Position numbers and translations under genes: made by a program | Assembly (NCBI RefSeq): GCF_045037415.1 | Contig: NZ_CP173438.1 | DNA: 64,000 nucleotides | Direction: 5' to 3' (one strand) | Source: Escherichia coli | GTDB taxonomy: Bacteria; Pseudomonadota; Gammaproteobacteria; Enterobacterales; Enterobacteriaceae | The notes under the pieces: generated by a model | The model's input: the letters and a program-made list of their open reading frames with translations, nothing else | The model's database searches: none | Told to the model about the DNA's origin: nothing | Part shown: positions 16,664 through 29,054 of the stretch, one piece after another | Layout of the letters: every line of letters starts with the position of its first letter | Position numbering within the stretch: the stretch's first letter is position 1

Positions 16664-17140
16664 TTACGGTTTCACGTACTCGATAGCATTAACATACCAG
16701 CTCGCTTCCCCGGCAGGGGTATTCACCACCGCCAGATCGCCGACTTCTTTTTTCAGCAATGCGCGGGCCATCGGGGAATCGATAGAGATGTAATCTTTAC
16801 GGCCAAAAATTTCATCGTAGCCGACAATACGGAAACGGTGAGTCACACCATCGTCGTTTTCAATCTCCACCCACGCACCAAAAAAGACTTTGCCTTCCTG
16901 CTGCGGGGAGTAATCGACGATTTTGAGATTTTCCATGCATTTAGTGAGATAGCGCACGCGACGGTCGATTTCACGCAGGCGCTTTTTATTATACTGATAG
17001 TCAGCATTTTCGCTGCGGTCGCCCAGACTTGCGGCCCAGGTCACTTTCTTTGTGACCTCCGGGCGTTCTTCACGCCAGAGATAATTAAGCTCTTGTTTGA
17101 GTTTTTCATACCCTTCCCGGGTAACCAGGGGCGTTTTCAT
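16664..17140 (-). CDS. greB: Transcription elongation factor GreB
   Basis: Start trimmed to MKTPLVTREGYEKLKQEL (158 aa) inside the listed 170 aa frame. Confidence 0.93.
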   Translation of the reverse strand: MKTPLVTREGYEKLKQELNYLWREERPEVTKKVTWAASLGDRSENADYQYNKKRLREIDRRVRYLTKCMENLKIVDYSPQQEGKVFFGAWVEIENDDGVTHRFRIVGYDEIFGRKDYISIDSPMARALLKKEVGDLAVVNTPAGEASWYVNAIEYVKP

Positions 17141-17367
17141 CTCGTTGATTCCCTTTGTCTGTTTGATAATGCGCACATTGGGTATAACGTGATCATATCA
17201 ACAGAATCAATAATGTTTCGCCGAATAAATTGTATACTTAAGCTGCTGTTTAATATGCTTTGTAACAATTTAGGCTGAAATTCATACCAGATTTAGCTGG
17301 TGACGAACGTGAGCTTTTTTAAGAATACACGCTTACAAATTGTTGCGAACCTTTGGGAGTACAAACA

Positions 17368-19436
<2,069 letters not shown>

Positions 19437-19440
19437 ATAA

Positions 19441-19470
19441 AACGGGAGGCGAAGGTGCCTCCCGTTTTGC
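19441..19470. terminator. Bidirectional rho-independent terminator between envZ and pck
   Basis: aacgggaggc-gaaggt-gcctcccgtt hairpin with flanking A and T runs. Confidence 0.65.
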
Positions 19471-19512
19471 TTTCTATAAGATACTGGATAGATATTCTCC
19501 AGCTTCAAATCA

Positions 19513-21135
19513 TTACAGCTTCGGACCAGCCGCTACCAGCGCGGCACCCGCAGGGGTGTCGGTGTATTTATCGAAGTTGTCGATAAACAGTTTCGCCAGC
19601 GTTTCGGCTTTTTCCTGCCACTGTTCCGGAGAAGCGTAGGTGTTACGCGGATCGAGGATCTTCGTGTCTACGCCCGGCAGTTCGGTTGGGATCGCCAGGT
19701 TAAACATCGGCAGAGTGAAGGTTTCTGCGTTATCCAGCGAACCGTTGAGGATGGCGTCGATAATAGCGCGGGTATCTTTAATGGAGATACGTTTGCCAGT
19801 GCCGTTCCAGCCGGTGTTAACCAGATACGCCTGCGCACCCGCTGCCTGCATACGTTTCACCAGCACTTCTGCGTATTGGGTCGGGTGCAGCGACAGGAAC
19901 GCCGCGCCGAAGCAAGCGGAGAAGGTTGGCGTCGGTTCGGTGATGCCGCGCTCTGTACCAGCCAGTTTGGCGGTGAAGCCAGAGAGGAAGTGGTACTGGG
20001 TTTGATCGGCAGTCAGACGAGAAACCGGCGGCAGCACACCAAAGGCGTCTGCTGTCAGGAAAATAACTTTAGTTGCGTGGCCCGCTTTGGAAACCGGCTT
20101 AACGATGTTATCGATGTGATAGATCGGATAAGAAACGCGGGTGTTCTCGGTTTTTGAACCATCATCAAAGTCGATTGTGCCATCTTCACGCACGGTGACG
20201 TTTTCCAGCAGCGCATCGCGACGGATAGCGTTGTAGATTTCAGGTTCCGCTTCTTTCGACAGCTTGATAGTTTTCGCGTAGCAGCCGCCTTCGAAGTTAA
20301 ACACACCGTCATCATCCCAGCCGTGCTCGTCATCGCCAATCAGGCGGCGTTTCGGGTCGGTGGAAAGGGTGGTTTTACCGGTGCCGGAAAGGCCGAAGAA
20401 CACCGCAACATCGCCTTTCTCGCCAACGTTGGCGGAGCAGTGCATAGAAGCGATACCTTTCAGCGGCAGCAGGTAGTTCATCATCGAGAACATCCCTTTC
20501 TTCATTTCGCCGCCGTACCAGGTGCCGCCAATCAGCTGCATGCGCTCGGTCAGGTTAAACGCCACGAAGTTTTCGGAGTTCAGACCCTGTTCTTTCCACT
20601 GCGGGTTAGTGCACTTCGCGCCGTTCATAACGATAAAGTCTGGTTTGAAACCTGCCAGCTCTTCATCGCTCGGGCGAATAAACATGTTTTTGACAAAATG
20701 CGCCTGCCAGGCCACTTCGGTGATGAAACGGACGGAAAGACGAGTATCCGGGTTCGCACCACAGAAGGCGTCGACAACGAACAGACGTTTGCCGGAAAGC
20801 TGCCTGGTCACCAGGCCTTTCAGATGCTGCCAGGTTTCCGGAGAGAGAGGTTTGTTGTCGTTCTTACCTTTGCCTTTGTCTGCCCACCAGAAAGTATCGC
20901 GAGTGGTATCGTCACGAACGATATACTTATCTTTCGGTGAACGACCGGTGAAGATCCCGGTATCGACGGCAACGGCACCCAGATTAGTTAACACCCCGCG
21001 CTCATAACCGGTCAGGCTCGGGTCCAGCTCTTCCTGATACAGCAGATCGTAGCTTGGGTTGTAAACGATATCATGTACGTCACTGATACCATAAGCCTCG
21101 AGTTCTTGCGGGGTCAAACCATTGTTAACGCGCAT
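19513..21135 (-). CDS. pck: Phosphoenolpyruvate carboxykinase (ATP)
   Basis: Start trimmed to [16 protein letters not shown] (540 aa) inside the listed 563 aa frame; GLSGTGKTT kinase-1a motif. Confidence 0.95.
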   Translation of the reverse strand: MRVNNGLTPQELEAYGISDVHDIVYNPSYDLLYQEELDPSLTGYERGVLTNLGAVAVDTGIFTGRSPKDKYIVRDDTTRDTFWWADKGKGKNDNKPLSPETWQHLKGLVTRQLSGKRLFVVDAFCGANPDTRLSVRFITEVAWQAHFVKNMFIRPSDEELAGFKPDFIVMNGAKCTNPQWKEQGLNSENFVAFNLTERMQLIGGTWYGGEMKKGMFSMMNYLLPLKGIASMHCSANVGEKGDVAVFFGLSGTGKTTLSTDPKRRLIGDDEHGWDDDGVFNFEGGCYAKTIKLSKEAEPEIYNAIRRDALLENVTVREDGTIDFDDGSKTENTRVSYPIYHIDNIVKPVSKAGHATKVIFLTADAFGVLPPVSRLTADQTQYHFLSGFTAKLAGTERGITEPTPTFSACFGAAFLSLHPTQYAEVLVKRMQAAGAQAYLVNTGWNGTGKRISIKDTRAIIDAILNGSLDNAETFTLPMFNLAIPTELPGVDTKILDPRNTYASPEQWQEKAETLAKLFIDNFDKYTDTPAGAALVAAGPKL

Positions 21136-21512
21136 TTCACTGCTCCTTAGCCAATATGTATTGCCTGAATAGTAAAGTCTTTTTGGGGGTGTTAACCGCG
21201 ACAAGGCTCATAGATTTACGTATCTGGAGAAATTCATATTTGACAAAAAACTCCGTGATTCCTGTCACGAAACGGTTGCTATTATCGCAGAAATAGCATT
21301 TTAGGTGTGGAAAATGTTCTCAAAAGGTTAAATCTTGGTTTATATGGCGGGAATATTGTGAGTGGAACCGCATTCATGAATGAAATTGATGCAAATTCAA
21401 TCGGTAAAGTATCGATTCACCACGCTAACTTTTTTTGATTATTTTCTGAAAAAAGCAAAATACTACTGCCCGATGCGATAATTAACCCACCTTTTGATTC
21501 TGGATAACCAAC

Positions 21513-23237
21513 ATGGATAACGTTGAACTTTCACCGGCAACACGCTGGGGGATGATTGCTACCGGATTACTTCAGGGGCTGGTTTGCTACCTGCTGATCG
21601 CCTGGCTTGCCGGAAAAAATCTCAGTTGGATTGTTTATGGCGTGCCTGCGACCGTCGCGTTTTCATCCGTTTTACTCTTCTCCGTGATCTCCTTTAAACA
21701 GAATCGCCTTTGGGGATGGCTGGCGCTGGTGTTTATTGCCACGCTGGGAATGAGCGGCTTGCTGAAGTGGCAAACTGATGGCATGACCCCCTGGAGAGCT
21801 GAAAAGGCGCTTTGGGATTTTGGCTGCTATCTGCTGCTGATGGCAATGTTGTTGCTACCGTGGATACAACAAAGCCTTCGCATCCGCAATGACAGTAGCC
21901 GCTATCGCTACTTTTACCAGTCAGTATGGCATAACGTACTTATATTACTGGTGATTTTTCTCGCCAATGGCCTAACGTGGCTGGTACTTTTACTGTGGAG
22001 TGAGTTGTTTAAACTTGTTGGCATCACGTTTTTCAAAACGCTCTTTTTTGCAACCGACTGGTTTATTTATCTCACGTTAGGTCTGGTTACCGCGCTGGCG
22101 GTGATCCTCGCGCGAACACAGTCACGTTTAATCGACTCTATTCAAAAGTTGTTCACGTTAATCGCCACGGGGTTGCTGCCGTTAGTATCATTGCTAACCC
22201 TGATGTTTATTATCACCCTGCCGTTTACGGGCCTGAGCGCGATTTCTCGCCACATCTCCGCCGCCGGGTTGCTGTTGACGCTGGCCTTTTTGCAATTGAT
22301 CTTAATGGCTATTGTCCGCGATCCGCAAAAAGCGTCACTTCCCTGGACGGGGCCATTGCGTTGCCTGATTAAAACCGCTTTGCTGGTTGCTCCGCTGTAT
22401 GTGTTCGTCGCCGCCTGGGCGTTATGGCTGCGGGTCGCTCAGTACGGCTGGACTGTCGACCGCTTGCAGGGCGCGCTGGCGGTGCTGGTGTTACTGGTAT
22501 GGTCGCTGGGGTATTTTGTCAGTATCGTCTGGCGTAAAGGGCAAAATCCCCTTGATCTTCAGGGCAAAGTGAACCTTGCGGTTTCGTTATTGGTGTTGGT
22601 AATACTGGTGCTTCTTAATTCGCCGGTGCTGGACAGTATGCGCATTAGCGTGAACAGTCATATGGCGCGTTATCAGAGCGGTAAAAACACGCCAGACCAG
22701 GTAACTATCTACATGCTCGAACAGAGCGGTCGCTATGGACGTGCGGCGCTTGAGTCGCTGAAAAGCGATGCCGAGTATATGAAAGACCCGAAACGCGCGC
22801 GGGATCTGCTGATGGCGTTAGATGGAGAGCAACATCTTCAGGAACAGGTATCGGAAAAAGTATTAGCCGATAATGTGTTAATTGCCCCAGGTTCTGGTAA
22901 ACCGGATGCGACATTCTGGTCGGCCTTAATCCAGGATCGCTATAACGTGATGACCTGTATTGAAAAAGACGCCTGCGTACTGGTCGAGCAAGATCTGAAT
23001 AGTGATGGTCAGGCGGAGCGGATCCTGTTTGCTTTTAATGATGACAGAGTCATTGTCTATGGCTTTGACTCAGCCAGAAAAGAATGGGACGCGCTTGATA
23101 TGAGTTTACTTCCGCGCAAAATAACGAAAGAAAAATTACTCACAGCTGCGAAGGATGGAAAACTGGGGACGAGGCCGAAAGCGTGGCGCGATCTGACGGT
23201 AGATGGTGAAACGCTGGAAATAAACTTAAGTAAGTGA
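21513..23237 (+). CDS. yhgE: Inner membrane protein YhgE (function unknown)
   Basis: 574 aa polytopic membrane ORF divergent from pck, matching recalled K-12 yhgE size and position. Confidence 0.85.
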   Translation: MDNVELSPATRWGMIATGLLQGLVCYLLIAWLAGKNLSWIVYGVPATVAFSSVLLFSVISFKQNRLWGWLALVFIATLGMSGLLKWQTDGMTPWRAEKALWDFGCYLLLMAMLLLPWIQQSLRIRNDSSRYRYFYQSVWHNVLILLVIFLANGLTWLVLLLWSELFKLVGITFFKTLFFATDWFIYLTLGLVTALAVILARTQSRLIDSIQKLFTLIATGLLPLVSLLTLMFIITLPFTGLSAISRHISAAGLLLTLAFLQLILMAIVRDPQKASLPWTGPLRCLIKTALLVAPLYVFVAAWALWLRVAQYGWTVDRLQGALAVLVLLVWSLGYFVSIVWRKGQNPLDLQGKVNLAVSLLVLVILVLLNSPVLDSMRISVNSHMARYQSGKNTPDQVTIYMLEQSGRYGRAALESLKSDAEYMKDPKRARDLLMALDGEQHLQEQVSEKVLADNVLIAPGSGKPDATFWSALIQDRYNVMTCIEKDACVLVEQDLNSDGQAERILFAFNDDRVIVYGFDSARKEWDALDMSLLPRKITKEKLLTAAKDGKLGTRPKAWRDLTVDGETLEINLSK

Positions 23238-23316
23238 CAACGCTTTTAACGGATACGACGCTGTATCTGACCAAAATAACTTGCGATTTATCCGGTGCGC
23301 GGTAAAACCCCGTCCT

Positions 23317-23517
23317 TCAGGGCGGGGATATAAGTTCGCCATCCATTTCAACCCGTTCAGCTTCAAAATCAGCACATACATTTGAAAAGTAAGTGCGTAG
23401 TTTTTCTGTCGCGTCATGGTCAAAAATCTGGCGTTGGTATTTGGCGACAAAGACCAGGTGAACATGCATCAGGAAAACACAATGCCTTCCACGCCGGATA
23501 TCGGTTTCTTTTTTCAT
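23317..23517 (-). pseudogene. tnpA: Truncated IS200/IS605 TnpA (HuH Y1 transposase), N-terminal fragment only
   Basis: 66 aa frame with HVHLVFVAKYQRQIF resembling the TnpA N-terminal motif (YHIVFAPKYRRQ-like); stops before the HuH and catalytic Tyr region; stop codon lies inside the left-end hairpin. Confidence 0.6.
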
Positions 23518-23539
23518 AGACCAAAATATAATTTGACCT

Positions 23540-24748
23540 GTGAAACGACTACAGGCATTTAAATTCCAGTTAAGACCCGGTGGTCAACAGGAGCGTGAAA
23601 TGAGGCGCTTCGCAGGCGCATGTCGTTTCGTTTTCAATCGTGCTCTGGCGCTTCAGAATGAGAATCATGAGGCCGGTAATAAATACATCCCTTACGGGAA
23701 AATGGCTTCCTGGCTGGTTGAGTGGAAAAATGCCACTGAAACGCAATGGCTTAAAGATTCTCCCTCACAGCCATTGCAACAGTCACTGAAAGACCTTGAG
23801 CGGGCTTACAAAAACTTCTTCCAGAAGCGGGCTGCTTTTCCCCGATTCAAAAAGCGGGGACAGAATGATGCATTCCGCTACCCGCAGGGCGTTAAGCTCG
23901 ATCAGGAAAACAGCCGTATTTTTCTGCCGAAACTTGGTTGGATGCGCTACCGGAATAGCCGTCAGGTCACGGGAGTTGTGAAAAATGTCACTGTCAGCCA
24001 GTCCTGCGGTAAGTGGTACATCAGTATTCAGACAGAAAGTGAAGTATCAACTCCGGTTCACCCTTCAGCATCAATGGTCGGGCTGGATGCTGGCGTGGCT
24101 AAACTCGCCACGCTGTCAGATGGCACAGTCTTTGAGCCTGTAAACAGTTTTCAGAAAAACCAGAAGACGCTGGCGAGACTTCAGCGACAGTTAAGCCGCA
24201 AGGTCAAATTCAGCAACAACTGGCAGAAGCAGAAACGCAAAATACAGCGGCTGCATTCCTGTATCGCAAATATCCGCAGGGACTACCTTCACAAAGTCAC
24301 AACGACCGTCAGCAAAAACCACGCAATGATAGTCATTGAGGATTTGAAGGTCAGCAACATGTCAAAGTCAGCAGCGGGTACGGTCAGCCAGCCGGGGCGC
24401 AATGTCCGGGCAAAATCAGGTTTAAACCGTTCGATACTGGATCAGGGCTGGTATGAAATGCGCCGCCAGCTTGAGCACAAGCAGCTCTGGAGTGGCGGTC
24501 AGGTGCTTGCTGTTCCGCCAGCGTACACAAGCCAGCGTTGCGCGTGCTGTGGTCATACAGCGAAAGAAAACCGCCTGTCACAAAGTAAATTCAGATGCCA
24601 GGTATGTGGATATACAGCGAACGCCGATGTAAATGGCGCTCGTAACATTTTAGCGGCGGGGCACGCCGTTCTTGCCTGTGGAGAGATGGTGCAGTCAGGC
24701 CGCCCGTTGAAGCAGGAACCCACCGAAATGATTCAGGCGACAGCCTGA
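23540..24748 (+). CDS. tnpB: TnpB (IS605 OrfB family; RuvC-like RNA-guided endonuclease family), InsQ-like
   Basis: 402 aa, GTG start; RuvC-I (VGLDAGV), RuvC-II (IVIEDLKV), zinc finger (CACCGH...CQVCG), RuvC-III ([10 protein letters not shown]); sequence recalled as IS609 InsQ-like. Confidence 0.88.
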   Translation: MKRLQAFKFQLRPGGQQEREMRRFAGACRFVFNRALALQNENHEAGNKYIPYGKMASWLVEWKNATETQWLKDSPSQPLQQSLKDLERAYKNFFQKRAAFPRFKKRGQNDAFRYPQGVKLDQENSRIFLPKLGWMRYRNSRQVTGVVKNVTVSQSCGKWYISIQTESEVSTPVHPSASMVGLDAGVAKLATLSDGTVFEPVNSFQKNQKTLARLQRQLSRKVKFSNNWQKQKRKIQRLHSCIANIRRDYLHKVTTTVSKNHAMIVIEDLKVSNMSKSAAGTVSQPGRNVRAKSGLNRSILDQGWYEMRRQLEHKQLWSGGQVLAVPPAYTSQRCACCGHTAKENRLSQSKFRCQVCGYTANADVNGARNILAAGHAVLACGEMVQSGRPLKQEPTEMIQATA

Positions 24749-24790
24749 ACGTAGCAGGGATCCACGTCCTTCAGGGCGTGGAGGATGTCA

Positions 24791-24830
24791 ATTCATAGGC
24801 CTGGTAAGCGCAGCGCATCAGGCCATTACG
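24791..24830. repeat. REP-like palindromic element next to the IS right end
   Basis: aggcctggtaagcgcagcgcatcaggcc resembles the REP consensus (GCCTGATGCGCT...CAGGCC). Confidence 0.5.
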
Positions 24831-24839
24831 TCGTAAAAT

Positions 24840-24861
24840 CCGGCAGAGTCCTCTCTGCCGG
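24840..24861 (-). terminator. Putative terminator downstream of hslO
   Basis: ccggcagag-tcctct-ctgccgg hairpin immediately after the hslO stop on the minus strand. Confidence 0.45.
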
Positions 24862-24870
24862 ACATACTCA

Positions 24871-25749
24871 TTAATGAACTTGCGGATCTGCCGGAGACGC
24901 GTTGTTGCGGATCTCGGCAATATCCATCGCATTGAACAGATAGTGGTTACCGCAGTAATCACAATGCATGTCAATTTCGCCATCTTCCGCCAGGATGCTA
25001 TCGACTTCTTCATCAGGCAGCGTTTTCAGCGCATCGGCGCAACGTTCACGCGAGCAGGTGCATTTGAACTCCACATCCTGCGGATCGTAAACCGTCACCT
25101 CTTCTTCGTGATACAAACGCCACAACACTTCGTTTGCCGGTAAAGTCAGCAGTTCTTCGGTTTTGATGGTTTCGGTTAGCGTCGCCAGGTGGTCAAAGTC
25201 GTCCTGCTGGGCATTTTGCGCAGGCATTACCTGCAACAACATACCGCCTGCAGCCGGTTTGCCGTCTACGTCGCCGGTGCGAATAAACAGGCGCGTCGGC
25301 AGCTGTTCAGAACGCATAAAGTAATCTTCCAGGCAGGCCGCCAGGGTATCACCTTCCAGACCAACCACGCCCTGATAGCGTTCGCCTTCGCTCGGGGTGA
25401 TGGTGATCACCACGTAACCATTGCCGACCAGCGTTTTCAGGTCGGCATTTTCTGGAATTTCGCCCTGCACGCGCGCCACACCGCGCATCTGCTGGTTGTT
25501 GTTACCGTTAATAACCGCCAGATTCATCGGACCGTCGCCTTGCAGCTGTACGGTGATATCACCATCAAACTTCAACGTAGCGGTTAACAGGCTGGTCGCA
25601 ACCAGCAGTTCTGCCAGCACGTTTTTAACGGGCTGCGGATAATCGTGATTCTCAAGGATCTGTTGCAGGGTTTCCGAAACGGTTACCAGTTCGCCGCGAA
25701 CGGCAAAGTTTTCAAACAGATAGCGATGTAATTGGTCATGTTGCGGCAT
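24871..25749 (-). CDS. hslO: Redox-regulated chaperone Hsp33
   Basis: Start trimmed to [15 protein letters not shown] (292 aa); C-terminal zinc centre CxC...CxxC. Confidence 0.94.
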   Translation of the reverse strand: MPQHDQLHRYLFENFAVRGELVTVSETLQQILENHDYPQPVKNVLAELLVATSLLTATLKFDGDITVQLQGDGPMNLAVINGNNNQQMRGVARVQGEIPENADLKTLVGNGYVVITITPSEGERYQGVVGLEGDTLAACLEDYFMRSEQLPTRLFIRTGDVDGKPAAGGMLLQVMPAQNAQQDDFDHLATLTETIKTEELLTLPANEVLWRLYHEEEVTVYDPQDVEFKCTCSRERCADALKTLPDEEVDSILAEDGEIDMHCDYCGNHYLFNAMDIAEIRNNASPADPQVH

Positions 25750-25773
25750 AATCATCTCTCTTGCAGGTGACAG

Positions 25774-26175
25774 TTATTCACTGTCGCCGTGTTTAAATCG
25801 TAACAGGTCGCGGCGCTCTTTTTTGTCCGGGCGTCGGTCCGGATGCGGCATGGTTAAGGCATTAAGTTTACGTGCCAGCGCCATTTTTTCGCGTTTCTCT
25901 ACACTTTCCGCAGTCTCTTCATACAGCAAGACTGCCTCGCTGGCGGGGCGACGCTGTTCAGTAATCGCCTTTACAATCACCGTGCGTTCGTCATTTCCCT
26001 GGCGCAGAGTGAGCGTGGCATTCAGCTCGACGATTTTGCTCGGCTTGCTGCGCTGCCCGTTGTAATGCACCTTACCACCTTCGATCATTTCGCGGGCCAG
26101 CGCGCGGGTTTTATAAAAACGGGCGGCCCATAGCCATTTATCCAGTCGAACCTCAACAGCAGGTTTTTCTTTCAT
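25774..26175 (-). CDS. hslR: Ribosome-associated heat shock protein Hsp15
   Basis: 133 aa S4-domain protein directly upstream of hslO. Confidence 0.92.
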   Translation of the reverse strand: MKEKPAVEVRLDKWLWAARFYKTRALAREMIEGGKVHYNGQRSKPSKIVELNATLTLRQGNDERTVIVKAITEQRRPASEAVLLYEETAESVEKREKMALARKLNALTMPHPDRRPDKKERRDLLRFKHGDSE

Positions 26176-26185
26176 GGCGTCTCCT

Positions 26186-26854
26186 TCACATTAGCGAGGG
26201 GATCAGGCGGCGGTAGTCATTCAGTGACGGATGGCGCTGATACTGTTTCTCGGCAATCCCGGAGTCAGGATTAGTCACACCGAGGCAGTAACGAATACCA
26301 AATTGCGCGGCAGCATCGAGAATCGCTTCGCTGTCATCAATAAACAGCGTTCTTTCAGCTTTAAGACCCGTAGCTTCGGCCACCGCATGCCATAACCGCT
26401 GATCCTCTTTCGGATAACCAAATGTGTGGGTGGAAAGTAATAAATCAAGGTGTGCGTCCAGACCGGTATGCTCAAGTTTTACCGCCAGGTTGTGCGGATG
26501 CGCATTGGTGAGCAAAATTCGCTGTTTACCGCTGGCTTTCAGTGCCTCAAGAAACGGAATGGTATCTTCACGCAGTACGGCACGCGGTCCCATCTCGGTG
26601 GTCATCGCACAGATATCCAGACCCAGTTGCTCACTCCAGTAATCAAGACAGTACCAGTTTAGCGTATGCTGTACGTCGTGATATTGCTGGCGCATATATT
26701 CCATCGCTTCCTGTGGCGTAACTCCGTTTTTCGCGCCCCATGTTTCAGGCACCAGCTTTTGCCAGAAATAGTTATCGAAGGCGAGGTCGAGCAACGTGCC
26801 GTCCATATCCAGCAGAACGGTATCTACGTCCTGCCAGGCAATGTTGATATGCAT
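26186..26854 (-). CDS. yrfG: HAD-family GMP/IMP nucleotidase YrfG
   Basis: Start trimmed to MHINIAWQDVDTVLLDMDGTLLDL (222 aa); HAD motif I DMDGT. Confidence 0.88.
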   Translation of the reverse strand: MHINIAWQDVDTVLLDMDGTLLDLAFDNYFWQKLVPETWGAKNGVTPQEAMEYMRQQYHDVQHTLNWYCLDYWSEQLGLDICAMTTEMGPRAVLREDTIPFLEALKASGKQRILLTNAHPHNLAVKLEHTGLDAHLDLLLSTHTFGYPKEDQRLWHAVAEATGLKAERTLFIDDSEAILDAAAQFGIRYCLGVTNPDSGIAEKQYQRHPSLNDYRRLIPSLM

Positions 26855-26918
26855 GAGGGAAATCTCCAGAGTGAAGCAATTTGCGCGACAGGGTAGCATA
26901 ACCTGCCGCGCAAACGTG

Positions 26919-29054
26919 TTATTCGATAAGGCTTTCGGAAGGGGTGATCAGTTGCGGGTTCAGGCAGCTTTCATAATAGGCCTGAATCTTCATCATGCGA
27001 GTACGATGACGCTGGTAACGACGCCAGGCCTGTACGCCATTATAAATGGCGCTACCCAGCATCGTCAGTAGCAGCAGCGTGGTGCTGAGATAGCGCCACA
27101 GACCGGAACGATCCGGGATCGGATGAAGGCCAATATGCTGCGTACCATTGGCGTCAGTGAAGATTTTTGTGACGATACCTTCGGCGTTAAACGGCGTATG
27201 CATCAGCATTTGTGCCAGTTTCTGGAAAGCGTTCCACTGTTCTTGCGGCGGATAGTCGTAAAGTGATGCCGAAGGCCAGGGCTGATCAACAAAATCGCTG
27301 CCTTCGTCGCTGACAATCAGGAACCCGCCGGGGGCCGGACTGTTTAGTGATTGTGCCGCTCGCGCCGTTTCATGCGTGATAAACGGCGCGGTAGAGGTGG
27401 CCACCAGGTTATCCAGCGATTCCGCACTCACCGGGCGTAATAACACATTCACGCCATCGAGTTTCCCGGCGTTGGCGCGTTTTACCAGCGCGTCCCAGTC
27501 TTTACTGTTGCCGAGATTGACCAGCGCATTTTTCAGTCGCACACAGTCATCTTTGGCAGAACACAGATCCGCTGTCTTCAGTACTATGTCGCCAAAATCA
27601 TCAAGCAATACCATGCCGGATTTTTGAATTGCTGAACGTAATGAGGCGCTGACGCGAGATTCATCTTCCGGTTTAGGGTGCAGCTGGCGATTAACTGCTT
27701 CGGTCAATGCCGTCGCTTTGTTGACCAATTCAGATTCTGGTAATGGCAATGAGCGGGCGTCGTTCCAGATGATCTGCGAGCAGTCAAACGGTAAAAAAGG
27801 TGAGTTGGTTTTCGCGCTCCAGGTACCGGAAGTGCGAATATTACACATTCCCGTACCGCTAATACGCAATGTATCGCCAACCCGCACGCCAGCGTCAGCC
27901 AGTTGTTTCACGCTGGTGGCTTCAATGGTCTGCGCGCCTTTCATCCACGAGAGGGTGAATTTCAGCGGCATATCCAGCGGGATCCAGAATAACAGCATAA
28001 ACAGCACCAGTAGCGAGCCCGCAGCGATAATCGTACTGCGCAGCCAGTGCTGTAACGGAAAGTTTTTTACTTCATCATGGAGCGAAAGATATCGCCCCTG
28101 ACGCACTACGTGGCGGTCGAGATAGATATCGATATCGGTTTGTTGGCCGAGATCCTGAGCAATGTAGGGCTGCCAGTGTGCGGGATAGACCAGGTCGATA
28201 ATACCGAGTGAAATATTGTTGATCTGTTCCTGATCGTTTTCGCCAAACAATCCCCAACGACGGGGTGTACCGCGCAGACAATGAATTTCCCGCAGGGAGG
28301 ATTTTGCCGGGGGCGCGAATAGCCCCCACAGACCTGCGCCCAGCAGCAGTAACGCGCCGCCTGCCAGCCACGGAACAAAGACATCCGGGGTAATCAGGCA
28401 GAAAAAGAGCATCAGGAAGGAGGCGACAATCAGCAACGCTTCGCGCAGCCCGCGCGGACGACTCAGCGCATATTCTTCATGCGTTTCTTTGCGAATATTG
28501 AGCAGCTCTATTTGCTCGCTCTCTTCCCCGCGAATCGACGCCTGCGTTGACGGAACAGGTTGCAAGGCATAGCCGCGAATTTCCTGCATGTACTCCTGCA
28601 GCGTATGACCGTTGAGTGAAATAACCAGCGGCAGCGAATCGGTATGAATCAGTTCAACGGTATTCTCATCGTTGATGTACTGTTCCCAGAAAGGGGGCAG
28701 GTGGACTTCTACCGAATCGAGGTAGTAACGCCATTTATTCGGATCGTCGGTAGAGATGCCATAACGCGTGATAGCGTGTGTCAGCATCATGACGTTGTTG
28801 CTTTCGGCATTCAGCGCCAGAGAGATCGGTGCCGCGCTGGCTCCCGTTGGGCCAGGCACCTGTAATACCTGCGTCAGGCTCTCAAGATAATTTTCAACGG
28901 CGCTACGTTCTTCAGATGTGAGTTTACGCGTTTGCGCATCCGCGAAGGCGTTGGTCCAGGGCAGCTGACGCCGTCTGGATCGCACTTTTATCAGCCATCC
29001 CGCAAGTAGTGAGCAGGCCAGCAAAGCAGCTAAAAAAATCACAATGGTGCTCAT
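26919..29054 (-). CDS. igaA: Intracellular growth attenuator IgaA (YrfF), inner membrane regulator of the Rcs system
   Basis: 711 aa membrane ORF; position upstream of yrfG-hslR-hslO. Confidence 0.9.
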   Translation of the reverse strand: MSTIVIFLAALLACSLLAGWLIKVRSRRRQLPWTNAFADAQTRKLTSEERSAVENYLESLTQVLQVPGPTGASAAPISLALNAESNNVMMLTHAITRYGISTDDPNKWRYYLDSVEVHLPPFWEQYINDENTVELIHTDSLPLVISLNGHTLQEYMQEIRGYALQPVPSTQASIRGEESEQIELLNIRKETHEEYALSRPRGLREALLIVASFLMLFFCLITPDVFVPWLAGGALLLLGAGLWGLFAPPAKSSLREIHCLRGTPRRWGLFGENDQEQINNISLGIIDLVYPAHWQPYIAQDLGQQTDIDIYLDRHVVRQGRYLSLHDEVKNFPLQHWLRSTIIAAGSLLVLFMLLFWIPLDMPLKFTLSWMKGAQTIEATSVKQLADAGVRVGDTLRISGTGMCNIRTSGTWSAKTNSPFLPFDCSQIIWNDARSLPLPESELVNKATALTEAVNRQLHPKPEDESRVSASLRSAIQKSGMVLLDDFGDIVLKTADLCSAKDDCVRLKNALVNLGNSKDWDALVKRANAGKLDGVNVLLRPVSAESLDNLVATSTAPFITHETARAAQSLNSPAPGGFLIVSDEGSDFVDQPWPSASLYDYPPQEQWNAFQKLAQMLMHTPFNAEGIVTKIFTDANGTQHIGLHPIPDRSGLWRYLSTTLLLLTMLGSAIYNGVQAWRRYQRHRTRMMKIQAYYESCLNPQLITPSESLIE

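Larger units (their letters stand above)
23289..24792 (+). mobile_element. IS200/IS605-family insertion sequence (IS609-like); boundaries approximate to about 15 bp
   Basis: Contains tnpA fragment and intact tnpB; near-identical same-strand subterminal hairpins ccccgtccttcagggcgggg (23308-23327) and ccacgtccttcagggcgtgg (24763-24782); no terminal inverted repeats, as expected for this family. Confidence 0.8.

Noticed and set aside
21136-21204. Upstream in-frame extension of pck (563 aa version), and similar long versions of gntX, greB, ompR, yrfG, hslO, feoB, hofM, hofP, yhfU, yhfY
   Set aside because: The recognised protein N-termini begin at internal Met/Val codons; the extensions are stop-free upstream sequence, not coding.
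23226-23465. 79 aa minus-strand ORF overlapping the IS left end
   Set aside because: Different frame from the TnpA-like fragment, no transposase motifs, overlaps the yhgE stop and the IS hairpin; likely spurious.
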